A stretch of DNA of 64,000 nucleotides from an uncultured Gammaproteobacteria bacterium (GTDB taxonomy: Bacteria; Pseudomonadota; Gammaproteobacteria; JAURND01), in contig CAVQQD010000001.1 in assembly GCA_963714975.1 (NCBI GenBank), positions 32,001 to 96,000 on the forward strand. Direction: 5' to 3'. The position numbers were made by a program, and so were the translations under genes. Below, piece by piece: positions 10,051-20,575 of this stretch (its first letter is position 1; every line of letters begins with the position of its first letter). Below the pieces are notes generated by a model. The model searched no databases, was not told the origin of the DNA, and worked only from the letters and a program-made list of their open reading frames with translations.

Positions 10051-10803
10051 TTAATTTTCCAGTGTCTTTAACATATTTATCGAATACAACCATTTTCTTA
10101 ACACTTCAACATCTTTTTCTAGATTGCTAATATCTCCGTGATTCACTTTGTATAAAATACCATATCTAAGCTGTTCTATGGTTTCCTTAGTTTTGTCCTC
10201 GTATCTTTTTCTAGTTTCAGGATTTTGAAACGAAAGCTTGAGATAATTGAGAAAATATTCTTCGTTTCTATCGTCCACTTTTTCCAAATAATTATTTGCA
10301 TCATCCATTGTTGTTTTATTGTATTCCTTTGCAAGTTCTTCAGAAACAAGAATTCTTGGAACTACAGCCTTTTTGCTTTCTAATTTATATGCTTCTATCA
10401 ATGCTTTTCCAAATACAACACCATCTTGGTGATGCAGCTCTCCTCTTGTTATGCCACCTCTCAAAACATAACCCCCAAACATTAATGAGTCTGCTAACTG
10501 TTGAATAATGTCTCGTAAAATATTAACTGCATGTCTTAAGGCAAAGCCAGAAGAAGACACATCTTTTATTGGTATTGAGATAACAATGCAATCAGAGAAA
10601 GAACTTAACGCAGGAATTGCTTTCATTACAGAAACATTCCCATGCTCAATGCTATGTTCTATGCGAGATTCTTTTGTATTTAGATTTTTTAGATTTTCTA
10701 TGACTGCAAATAATTTCTCTGAATGATTTTTGTTTTCTATAAGCTTCCCAAAACCAAGAATATCAACAAATGCGAGAATACTATCATTTAATTCCATACT
10801 CAT
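10051..10803 (-). CDS. Class III nucleotidyl-cyclase-fold protein
   Basis: AFVDILGF, SFSDCIV, LRGGITRGEL, VFGKALIEAYKLES, PRILVS. Confidence 0.7.
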   Translation of the reverse strand: MSMELNDSILAFVDILGFGKLIENKNHSEKLFAVIENLKNLNTKESRIEHSIEHGNVSVMKAIPALSSFSDCIVISIPIKDVSSSGFALRHAVNILRDIIQQLADSLMFGGYVLRGGITRGELHHQDGVVFGKALIEAYKLESKKAVVPRILVSEELAKEYNKTTMDDANNYLEKVDDRNEEYFLNYLKLSFQNPETRKRYEDKTKETIEQLRYGILYKVNHGDISNLEKDVEVLRKWLYSINMLKTLEN

Positions 10804-10851
10804 TTAAGCATTACCTCTTATTAATCAAAGAAAATTTAAAAAATTCATTAG

Positions 10852-11200
10852 TTATTTATCATTCTTCCAATGTCTCGGTACTGTTTCTTTTAAAGCAGCT
10901 TCGCAACATGCAAGAGCTCTTGCTTTCATTTCTAAAGCCACTTTGGCAGAGATATTAGTGATATTAATTGAAATATGACTGAGCCAAGCTGTAATTGTAC
11001 TAATATCAACACCAGCACGCAACAGATGTGTGGCTGTGTGTGACGGATGAATCGTATGCAGACTAATCCTCTTTTTTTTGAATGGAAGGAATAATGGCAA
11101 TAGCTTTTTGGCATGGCGTTTTACCATAGTGTGGATACCCAAAACGAGTTAATGGTTGATTACAGTGATTCAAAAAGACTTGTTCTGGCAGGCTCTATTG
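10852..11200 (-). pseudogene. Tyrosine recombinase C-terminal remnant (RIT-like)
   Basis: HTATHLLRAGVDISTITAWLSH..LEMKARAL; catalytic motifs are decayed. Confidence 0.7.
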
Positions 11201-11452
11201 GCAACAATCTCTTCTAACTCTGTTCGATGCACACAATTCGATTAGCAATTCCCTCTGAAACCCTGTTCCCCCGGTGTGTGACGCTGCAATACCCACAGAT
11301 CTAATGACGGAGCAGCGAGAATTTCTGATTTAATTGTGTGCATCAGATAAGATACAGAGTTACTCGAATCTAAATTAGCACAAAAATTGGAAAATGAGGA
11401 GTAGATGTTTAAAACCCGATTGATTACTTTAACCAACAACACAAGTAATAAA

Positions 11453-12193
11453 TCAGTGACCTCTCAAAAAATAATTTTTCCAGGCGTGAGATGGCCAAAA
11501 AATAAAACGCTGCTCTTTGTTTAACACTGGCAGTGGTAGCTCTCCCATTAATTCTGTGGCTTTTTGTGCTTTAGGATTATTATCTAAAATATCTTGGCGC
11601 GTAATATTACGGTACTGCCATTTTCGTGCCTGAGCAAAAAGCTGATGCAAGGCATGGACCAGCCGACCAGGCCGTTGATCGGCTGGCACTGATACGCCTA
11701 ACTGTTTTAGCGTATACGCTTGACGAACCACATAATCCAAGTCGGCCAAAAGACAAGCCCCGAGGTATACCAAAAGGTTGGCAAAATGAATCGGTAATTT
11801 TTGGGGTTCTGGATTGGCAAACACCTCGACTTGAAAGCCGCGTTGCTGGGAGAGCTGCTGGCTATGATAGGTTTCACACGCCCGAATTTCGTGCTGCAAT
11901 TCACGCGCCTTCTGCTGTGTTTGCAGCAAATAATAGTCGGCATAGGGATCGTCTTTTTTAGCGGCTCGACAGAGTTGTCCCATCAGAGAGGCAAATTGCA
12001 ATAAGCCCATCTGATGATAGTGCCAATTTCCTGAATACAGGGATATTGCCTGCGGGGTGTGTAAACAAAGCCAAACTTCTCCAGTTAAAGGAAAAGCCGA
12101 TTTTGGAGGTATTTTAGGTTTTTCGGGTAAGGGATGGGTGGAATCCAACATGATCGTTTTTCTCCAGGATTGGGTAGTAGTAATGGGCTGCAT
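11453..12193 (-). CDS. PFL_4669/AcaB (TIGR03761) family ICE protein
   Basis: LHTPQAISLYSG, GLLQFA, DDPYADYYL motifs; position after traI. Confidence 0.8.
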   Translation of the reverse strand: MQPITTTQSWRKTIMLDSTHPLPEKPKIPPKSAFPLTGEVWLCLHTPQAISLYSGNWHYHQMGLLQFASLMGQLCRAAKKDDPYADYYLLQTQQKARELQHEIRACETYHSQQLSQQRGFQVEVFANPEPQKLPIHFANLLVYLGACLLADLDYVVRQAYTLKQLGVSVPADQRPGRLVHALHQLFAQARKWQYRNITRQDILDNNPKAQKATELMGELPLPVLNKEQRFIFWPSHAWKNYFLRGH

Positions 12194-12265
12194 CAGGGAA
12201 TTTTCTCGGGCCCAGGACGGGCTTCACAAGACTTCAAGGGAAGGCCCTTAAATGAGAAGCTGACC

Positions 12266-12964
12266 CTATTTTTGGGTAGTGACGGTCTTTTCAAAAGCCA
12301 AACTTTTGGCCCGAACCAGGAGTTCTTGTAAGGGATTGGCAAGCGAGGCGGAATCAAATAAACACTCCCACCACGCTTGAAATAATTGAGCATCACTAGC
12401 TAACCAGCGCCATCCTACCGACGGCAGCAACCGCCCCAAGACGATGGCCCATTCCAAGCGACGGGTGACTTCCTCCGGCAAGGGCTTCTCGGTGGGCATC
12501 AGGCGATAGAACGTGGCGGGTTCTGCTAAGCTGCCGGTTAGCCAGGTCCAGCTTCCTAGGCGCTCGGTCTCGGTTTTATATAACTCCAGGGTCAGGCGTG
12601 AAAAATACCGATCGAGCCCCTGCACTAATCCCAAGCTAAACAGCGCATAGGTCCACAGCGGGTCTTGCTGGGCGATGATTTCAGCGTGAGCATGACGCGG
12701 CAGCATCACCCTACGCCTTAATTTCAAGGCCTGGATCGTGAGTTGACATTGCTGGGCGACTAATCCATAGGGCTGCCAGGGCTCGCGATTCAGGGGTAAG
12801 GCTTGGCACAATTCCAACACCCGATGCAGAGTCGTTTGATAGAGGGTGCGATATACAGCTTGGGGGGCACTGATCAAGGCCGGCAAGGCATTGACATACG
12901 GCCGGAGTTGCGGGATTTGAATTAATGCGGCCGCAGATAAGCAGGGGTGTAATTCAGTGAACAT
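12266..12964 (-). CDS. traI: TraI_2 (MOBH relaxase) N-terminal-like protein lacking catalytic His/HD motifs
   Basis: ALKLRRRVMLP..AEIIAQQDPLWTYALF; directly after traD. Confidence 0.7.
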   Translation of the reverse strand: MFTELHPCLSAAALIQIPQLRPYVNALPALISAPQAVYRTLYQTTLHRVLELCQALPLNREPWQPYGLVAQQCQLTIQALKLRRRVMLPRHAHAEIIAQQDPLWTYALFSLGLVQGLDRYFSRLTLELYKTETERLGSWTWLTGSLAEPATFYRLMPTEKPLPEEVTRRLEWAIVLGRLLPSVGWRWLASDAQLFQAWWECLFDSASLANPLQELLVRAKSLAFEKTVTTQK

Positions 12965-14942
12965 AGGTCTCCTTAGAGGTTGAGTGATAAAAGCGTTGCT
13001 GCATCAAGCGAACTCGATTGGCCAAATCAGGCTCTCGGGACCGGTGATTCAGCAACACCAGGGGAATGCGAATTTTGATTAACTGCCCGCCATGCACTAA
13101 CGCAAAGGCATGACCCACCGGCAAGTTGAGCACATCGTTCTGTTCGATCAAGCGCTGCTCGATTAACGTGAGGCGGTCTTCTTGATGAGAATGAAACCAG
13201 ATCCCCTGCCCGCTTTGGGGAGTCTCTTGGCTGCTAGAAGCCGGAGTCACCCGATAAATGGGCACGGTAGGCAGTTGCTGTAATAACATCTCGACCGTCT
13301 TGGCCTCTTTACAGCGAAACATAATCACCGTGCCAAAATTGCCGGCTACTTGCCCGGCTTTGGCAACTGGCTTTAAGACGGGCTTCTACATCTGACCAGG
13401 TTTGGGTATAGGCAGTGACTGTAAAGCCAGCGCCTCGCGCTTTATTGAGCAGTGGCACAAATTCATCGCCAATGATTTCATTGAATTCATCGGAATGCAG
13501 GCAGATCCGTGGCAGGTGATTCTTTGCGTGGCGGTTTTATAAAAACCATCGTATAACCCATGTTTATATAGCCGACCGGCCACGGAGACTAAATCAGCAA
13601 ATAAAGCATTGCCTACGGCGGTAGATACTTCTCGATCAGTGAGGGAATCCAGACCCACATACACAATTTGTCTGTTGCGAATAACTTGCAGCCAATCCAG
13701 AATCGGCCGTGGATCATCCATATCCTCGTAGTTGGGAGAGAGTAATTCCGCGACTTTGCCGGTGGTGAGTTTTTTTAGCAACGGGCCTAATGAGGCGGTG
13801 ATTTTACTGAAATATTCCTTGTCATATTTGCAGGCATGGTGCAAATCATCAAATATGGGATTGTGGATAAGTTCGATGGGCTTGTACATAGGCAATCAAT
13901 GCCTGCAAGCGCGAGATGCATTTTTTTCTCGTGGCTATTTTCTTGAATATAGGTTTGAAGCCAAGATTTCTAATTTGATAATCCAGGGACGGTAACCAAA
14001 AATTTAGATATTTCTCTAGCAACACGTCCATTTTGGTGATGTAGAATTTCATTTTTTGGTAATCGGGTTTTTCACCCATCGACACCAAAGCCAGAGCCAT
14101 GGAATTAATAAATTGCCAACCAAATTCTTTAAATGCGGCCGAATCGCCTGAGCTGGGCAGTTGATTGGAAATGCGATTGGCCACTTCGGTGACGCGGGTG
14201 AAATTGCCGACGGGGTTGTAGCGGCAGAAATCTGCGGAAAACCCAAATGCAAAATCAATAAATCGTGCTCTCGACCAGCGAGTTTTGCCTCCGCATAAAT
14301 TCGTTTTAATAAATCGGCATCGCCCTTGGGATCAATCACAATCACCACATCGCCCCGACGAATATCTTGGCTGATTAAAATTTCCGCAAACCGGGTTTTG
14401 CCCATGCCCGGCAAACCGACCACCAATATATGGCTCGCACGATCGGCTAAAGGAATCGTCATCTCCTCCTCCACTTCAGAAATGCCATGAAGACAAGCCT
14501 GACCTCCAATGGCAGGGGGCGCTCGAAAAGGATTCCACCAGGCTCGGTGTTTTTGCAACCAGCGTTGGATTCGAGAGGGATTTTTATAAGGCAAATTATA
14601 GGATAAATCTAAGTCTCGTAAGCGCTGGGTATGTTGAGTAGTCCACAAAAAGCCTTTCCCTAAAAACAACGCTTCAGGAGGAGCTGGAATGTGTTCGGGC
14701 GTGAGGCCATAACGCGGCATCTGTCGTAAACGACGCTGATAACGAATCACCCGATAGCCTTGCTGGAAACGTAACAAGCCGAGAATCGCCAACAGGCTGG
14801 CTACCGAATACGCCCAAGTAGGAGGCAAGACAAACCATTTCGGAAAGAGTATGAGCAGCCCACTACTAATTGCGCTCACTAACGTGGTATACCACTCTAG
14901 GGGCGGGCGTAATAATCCTTCTAACGGGCGTTGCAGATTCAT
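12954..14942 (-). CDS. traD: Type IV coupling protein TraD (PFGI-1 class), several frameshifts
   Basis: LLRPPLE start, Walker A GLPGMGKT, VIDPKGDADL, YVGLDSLTD..VGNALFADLVSVAG, LPVGHAFAL. Confidence 0.92.
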
Positions 14943-15205
14943 CTCAAGACTCCTAAAATCTCCTCTCAAGAGTTTTATTACATTTCAAAACGGAACTTCA
15001 CTAATTTTTCTAAAAAATCAATGGATTGCTATAATATGATTAAGCATTAAGTCAAACACGCACGCACATTGTTTGAAGTGAGCCATAAGCCCTTTTTCGT
15101 TACGAAAAAAACAAATCGATAAAGCGAAGCTACGAGAGGTGAAAAAAAAATCTTGAAGTAGCAGAGGTACTTGGAACCCATGCTAATAGACATTGCAGAT
15201 TCCCC

Positions 15206-15571
15206 TCAAGATTTCCCGAAAGTGAGCAGAGTCACTAAGCCGTTTTCACAGATTACGAATTCAAATAACAGCAAACCCACCAGCAGGGCAAAGCGTTGCT
15301 GGTACCAGAATATTTGTTGTGCTTTACTCCAGGCATGTTTCTTGCTAAAGATGGCAATGAAATACGGCCAACCTAAAAAAATACCTCCGATCATCATCAT
15401 ACGCAGCAGGGTAAAAAATAATTTATGATGAGTGACGGTGTGATATACTTGTTGAAACTGGGCCGGATGTTCCACGTACCACCACACGAATGGCAGTACT
15501 AGTAGGCACGTCAGGAACAACCACCATAATAGGTCAACGAGTGTTTTTTTATAAAATTTAATAAATGGCAT
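15206..15571 (-). CDS. Small membrane protein of the ICE
   Basis: Three hydrophobic segments; lies between traG and traD. Confidence 0.55.
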   Translation of the reverse strand: MPFIKFYKKTLVDLLWWLFLTCLLVLPFVWWYVEHPAQFQQVYHTVTHHKLFFTLLRMMMIGGIFLGWPYFIAIFSKKHAWSKAQQIFWYQQRFALLVGLLLFEFVICENGLVTLLTFGKS

Positions 15572-15799
15572 ATATTTTCTTCCATTAAACATAGGATTAA
15601 AAATGAGACAAAATAAAAAACATTCTTTAGTTTTCAAAATTCTCAAAGGTGTTTGCAATATTGCTGTAGAGATTGTGGTGGCGGGTCTTAGTGCTGAATC
15701 CAATATTAAAAAGAGAACTTTTCTTGATTGGGCTAAACTTGATCCAAGTTTACTTGACCCACGATCGCCTCGTAATCGTTCTTAGCAAGCACGTTAAAA

Positions 15800-17281
15800 T
15801 TATTTTTTGGTCAAACTTCTTACTGCTCCTTTGATCGCTTTAGAACCTTTTGATGCTGCCTCCTCTGCAGAATAATATAAGGTTTCAAATGCAGCATTCA
15901 CCAAACCACCCACCGCCACCCCCATACTCCCCATCAAGCTAAACCAAAACAGGGGCGCCATAATAATCAAAGTGCCCGTGATCATATCGACTAAGCTGGC
16001 ATTGGGAGATTGATGGGCAAACCAGCTACTGCCGTAGAGGGCATTCATTAAACTGGCATCGGTCCAGCTAACTAAGTGCCAAATAAAGCTCCAGAAAATG
16101 AGCGAGAAAATAATGATGGCCCCTGAAATAACACTGGTGAGTTTATAGCTCGTAAACACCAGGACCAGCGGTAAAAAAGCATAGACCATCATCAGCAGCA
16201 GGGACTGAATAATCGGAGCGGCTTGGGCGGCGGCATAAAGCTTAGGATAAGCATCCAGTTGATGAAACCACTCCCCTAACCCCGCGGCGACATGCGAATA
16301 ACCCCAATCTCCGACCAGATCATTGGCTTTGTCATAGCCTTTGTCGGTATTGACTAACACACGTTTTAAAACGGCTTCTTGTTTTTGCTCATTATCCAGG
16401 GGATGGCGAAATTCGTCCCAAAACGACGGAGGTAAGGTGTTGGCTAATCGTATTTTCAACCCGTACTGGGGATGGGTCCACCACGTATCGCAGTGCGGTG
16501 TGCCATAGACAGGTCGAGTCCCCTCAAGATCGGCATTGATATCATCATGGGGGTTATAAGGAAACGGCCGGATGGGTTGAGTCGCTTGAAAGCTCGTGTA
16601 ATAGGTTTGTAAAAAACCGTGAGAGCCTGGCCATTCGGGATCACCGAAACCGTAGCGGTTGATTGCCTGTTGAATTCGTGAAATCACGGGAGCCTGATTG
16701 GTCGAATCCGTGAAATATTGGTTGCGGGCCGGCAGAAAACAGTCCTCTTCAAATTGCCGCACTTCTTGCCGTAACGCCGCATCCGGGATTTGGGTCATAT
16801 TGACTTGGGTAACCATGCGCCGTAAGTCCGGGATACAAGCGACCATGGTATTGGCGGCGCTGGTAATGCCCTGGGAGATGGCCATGACCGCATACCAGCC
16901 AATCGGTACCCGAATGTCACCACGGGGGAGAGTAAAGGCTTTGTCGTAGGTAGTGCCGGTGGAACCAGGATGCACCGTGCCCTTGCCAGAACATAAGGGA
17001 GTGTAGCCGACGACACTGGGATTTAAAACCAAACAAGGAGCCACGGCAAAAAGAATCACAAACAAGGTGCGGATAAAATCCACTTCCATCCGCCGCAATG
17101 AGGTACTACCGGCGTCTTTGGTTTCCTGGGATTGATAGGGCTCGGCCATATGGCGCAAAATTAGGCCAATCAGCGGCAGATAGGCCAAACCAGTTTGGGT
17201 GAGTAATTCCCAAAGTTGATTGTATAACTGCCAGCCAAGTAACGTGGTGTACAGTTCGGGATAGGATTGAACGGCGATCAT
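15800..17281 (-). CDS. traG: TraG N-terminal-domain mating-pair stabilization protein
   Basis: ELYTTLLGW..LWELLTQTGLAYLP, CDTWW, LLMMVYAFLPLVL. Confidence 0.9.
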   Translation of the reverse strand: MIAVQSYPELYTTLLGWQLYNQLWELLTQTGLAYLPLIGLILRHMAEPYQSQETKDAGSTSLRRMEVDFIRTLFVILFAVAPCLVLNPSVVGYTPLCSGKGTVHPGSTGTTYDKAFTLPRGDIRVPIGWYAVMAISQGITSAANTMVACIPDLRRMVTQVNMTQIPDAALRQEVRQFEEDCFLPARNQYFTDSTNQAPVISRIQQAINRYGFGDPEWPGSHGFLQTYYTSFQATQPIRPFPYNPHDDINADLEGTRPVYGTPHCDTWWTHPQYGLKIRLANTLPPSFWDEFRHPLDNEQKQEAVLKRVLVNTDKGYDKANDLVGDWGYSHVAAGLGEWFHQLDAYPKLYAAAQAAPIIQSLLLMMVYAFLPLVLVFTSYKLTSVISGAIIIFSLIFWSFIWHLVSWTDASLMNALYGSSWFAHQSPNASLVDMITGTLIIMAPLFWFSLMGSMGVAVGGLVNAAFETLYYSAEEAASKGSKAIKGAVRSLTKK

Positions 17282-18648
17282 GGCGTCTCTCCTTTCAGAG
17301 CCCCTTGTTGCAGGAAATCGGGGCGGGGGGTAGTTGAGCCACGAGCGCTACTTCGGGTTTGCTGCTCACGGGCATAGTGCATAAGCTGCACTAAGGTTTC
17401 GGACATCAGTTGCCGGCGCAGCTGGGCGGTAAACACCAAGGATTGCCGCTGTTGCTCGAGTTGGGTTAAAGCCAGTTCGATTTGCTGTTGGGCCGGTTTA
17501 TTGGCCGCAATCACCGGTACTTGACGGCCAGCTTGCAGTAAATCCTGAACAATCGCGGCCTTGTGCATGGCGCGTTGCAGCGCCACATTTTCGGCCAGTT
17601 TGTGGGTGACCAGCCCCTGCGACCGGGAATCCAGAGCGCGCAAGGTTTCAAGCATCTGGGGACTTAGCACTAAATCTTCGGCCGAAACGGCGAGCAGCTG
17701 TTCTTTTGACAGGGGCAAGCTGCCTTGAATCAGCGCCTGCAATTTGGCTTCGAGTAGAGTGACGCAATCCTGGCCGTTACGAGTACAATCTTGAGTTAAG
17801 GCCAACAAACCCCGGCCGGCGGCACTGCCTTGGGTCGCGAGTCCCACCACTTGCTCGCCCACCGCGTCGGTCACCCAGCGACTGGCGGCTTGTGGGGTAG
17901 GAAAGAGGGTAGCCAAGGCACTGGCCGCCGGGGCGGATTCACTCGAAGTTACCGGGCGATTGAGCAGAACGTTGTAGCCCGCTTGCACGGTATCGGCAAT
18001 CACTCGAATCGGCGGTTGGTTTTTGCCCGCGGCGGGGCCCGACACCCAGGGAATGCCGGAATGGCCGGCGTGTTGATCAATCTCAGCTTTCGCGTCATTG
18101 ATATCTTCCATTCCCGCGCCAGTTAAGGATAAGTGCTGTTGCCACTGCTCTCCGACGGAGAGAGTCGCCCAGTCGTGGTATGGATTTTTTCCTTGGGCTA
18201 TCTGTTCTTTAGCGGCTTGACAGGATTGGACCGACGCCGCGATTTGGGTTTGGGCACCGAGCAGAGCATTATTCAGTAAGTGGTACAAGGTGGGATTAGC
18301 TTGGGCTAAAAAATACATTGGCATTTGAGCCAAACTGCCGGTGGCATTGCGAATTAGCGTTTGGGTTAAGTTGGTCAGATTATCCTGCAGATGATTTAGG
18401 CTGTTCTGAATCGACAAGGCCGGATTATAGAAGCCACACTGTCTTCCCAATCCTAAATCCACTTCGGCTTTTAATTCGAGTGCTTGAGCATTCATGGCGG
18501 TAGGACGACGCAGGTCACTGGCCCCACCCAACTGATAATATAGGGCATTGGGACTTTGCCCCACCGGAATAACCGATTGGGCCAGCAGCAGCGGGCTCAT
18601 AAGACTTAAAGCGCCACTTAAGATTATTGAACTAAAAATTTTTCTCAT
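17278..18648 (-). CDS. TIGR03755 (PFL_4711) ICE protein
   Basis: LYYQLGG, QANPTLYHLLNN, GIPWV, AGYNVLLNR; synteny. Confidence 0.88.
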   Translation of the reverse strand: MRKIFSSIILSGALSLMSPLLLAQSVIPVGQSPNALYYQLGGASDLRRPTAMNAQALELKAEVDLGLGRQCGFYNPALSIQNSLNHLQDNLTNLTQTLIRNATGSLAQMPMYFLAQANPTLYHLLNNALLGAQTQIAASVQSCQAAKEQIAQGKNPYHDWATLSVGEQWQQHLSLTGAGMEDINDAKAEIDQHAGHSGIPWVSGPAAGKNQPPIRVIADTVQAGYNVLLNRPVTSSESAPAASALATLFPTPQAASRWVTDAVGEQVVGLATQGSAAGRGLLALTQDCTRNGQDCVTLLEAKLQALIQGSLPLSKEQLLAVSAEDLVLSPQMLETLRALDSRSQGLVTHKLAENVALQRAMHKAAIVQDLLQAGRQVPVIAANKPAQQQIELALTQLEQQRQSLVFTAQLRRQLMSETLVQLMHYAREQQTRSSARGSTTPRPDFLQQGALKGETP

Positions 18649-18659
18649 ACCAGGTTCCT

Positions 18660-19634
18660 TTAATGAATGACCGTGCGACCTAAGTACTGACCTGGGGCTT
18701 CAAGACACCCTTCATAGTGGCGCCACATCACCCAGACAGTGCCACCCTGTGCTTTAGCCGCTAACTCTTCCCCGTAGTCGGCCGTTTGTCCGAAGATTCG
18801 GCACTCCCCTTCTGGCTTCGGAGTCAGCCTTTGCCAGCGCGTGTGTGGGTGATTTTCTTGAATGGTGGCCGCGGTACAGGCGGCCCCGCATTGGGTAGGC
18901 AGAGGTTGAAATACATGCCCAAAGTGATTGGGGGCCGTTAACAGGTGTGTGGCCCGAAAGCCAATCACGGCAGCAGCCTTGGCTTCGTTATTGGAGACCA
19001 CTTTACCCTGGTAGGGAAACACTCCACCCCAGTGAATCAGGCCTAGATTTCCGATTGTATGAGTAATGTTTTGAGCGACGGCATCGGCTTGTTCCAGGAA
19101 GATTGAGGCCCAACGCCTCGCCAAGACAGACTATCGAACATCGATTGAAAATATGGCCTGCCGGGCACGGCCGTCGACGGCAACAGCACCGGGTTTTGCG
19201 GTAATAGGACTAAGGCCGGATTGCCAATGACATCGACTTCTTTGAAAAATACAGCCGGGCTCTGGGGCGTCTAACCGATGCTCTCCCCACCCGCGGAACC
19301 TGAGCTCGCCTCAAGAGTTGGTGTTGGACGAGTCGTCCCCCTGATCGAGGGTTTGATGAATTTCTTCCCAGGCGTTGCCGCCTTTTCGGTCATTGAGGGA
19401 ATCAAACACACTGACCACGACATCGGGAAGAAAATGCGCAATATACGGAGTAGTCAGGGTCGTGCCACTGGGACTTAACCAATAACACAAGCCTTTGACT
19501 TGGTAATGCAGGCATTGAGGTAAGGCACTCAAAGTTTTTTCGGTAATATCCACAGTGGTAAGACTGGAAGCGGAGAGACAAACAAGGGACAATCCAAGGA
19601 TTATCACCTGGCATTGGTTAATTAGCTTAAACAT
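18660..19634 (-). CDS. TIGR03756 (TraU-like) ICE protein, frameshifted
   Basis: CLHYQVKGLCYWL..HFLPDVVVSV; WGGVFPYQG; WVMWRHYEGC. Confidence 0.85.
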
Positions 19635-20021
19635 CGCAAAAGACCTTATACAATTTTTATGTCACAAGGATTTTTCAATCTCAAATTCGCTACATTTATA
19701 CTAGAGTAAAAAGGAAGAACTATGAGATAAGATAGAAATTAAGGCTATTAAAGATGGGCTTAACAGCGATTTTCTAAAATAATGTAATCATTTCAGTACC
19801 TAATAAACAAAATAAATACCAATTAAAATATATAAATTATTTTTGCAGCCAACACAGAAAAAAAACAGGCATCTATGACCTATTTTTTGGAAAAATTCCT
19901 CGAAAATGCTCATGCACTCGCATGTACACCACGCTTTTCCAAATATTTTTACTTTAAGCCAAGCTCATAGTTGCCTATTTTTACCAACTTCAACAATATG
20001 GATGAAGTATTACTTATTTTT

Positions 20022-20393
20022 TTATAAAAGTACTTCTTCACAAAATATTTCTGTAGTTATTTCCCATATCACCGGTTCTGGTATTTCAGTGTCATGTTCT
20101 GGGTTAAAATTTTTCAGTTTATTATTAATATGATTTTGTATTTTTTTTAGTGATTCTTCTAGTTGTGACGGTGTACAACCCTCAAGGGACTCAATGGCTA
20201 CTTTAGGTACAACGATCTTTATTGTCGGTGATTTTTTATTCAGTCTTTTGGGGTCATTATTTAAATTCCAAAACGCTTGGCAGGTGAATTCCTTATTTTT
20301 TTCATTAGGTGCAAATTTACAATTATTAGAAAAATTACATTCTTCCATGGTTTTCATTAACTCTTTATAAGGACTTTTTTCTATACAATTCAT
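20022..20393 (-). CDS. Hypothetical AT-rich protein inserted in the tra operon
   Basis: AGGAG RBS; intact 123-aa ORF. Confidence 0.55.
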   Translation of the reverse strand: MNCIEKSPYKELMKTMEECNFSNNCKFAPNEKNKEFTCQAFWNLNNDPKRLNKKSPTIKIVVPKVAIESLEGCTPSQLEESLKKIQNHINNKLKNFNPEHDTEIPEPVIWEITTEIFCEEVLL

Positions 20394-20575
20394 ATCTAAA
20401 TCTCCTATTAAATTAATTAATTTAATTCACACATTACTCATTCATAACCATTTTAGTAGTCCCTGAAATATAAACAACAATAATTATTAATGCATTTAAG
20501 CGTTATAAACTATAAAACAAGCAAAGCTACACAATAATTCAAAATAAAGTTCGATACACTCGTAACTCATTTTTT

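Noticed and set aside
9190-10803. Canonical Pycsar, Thoeris or CBASS system
   Set aside because: Opposite strands, no cNMP-binding domain, no ThsA or CD-NTase partner
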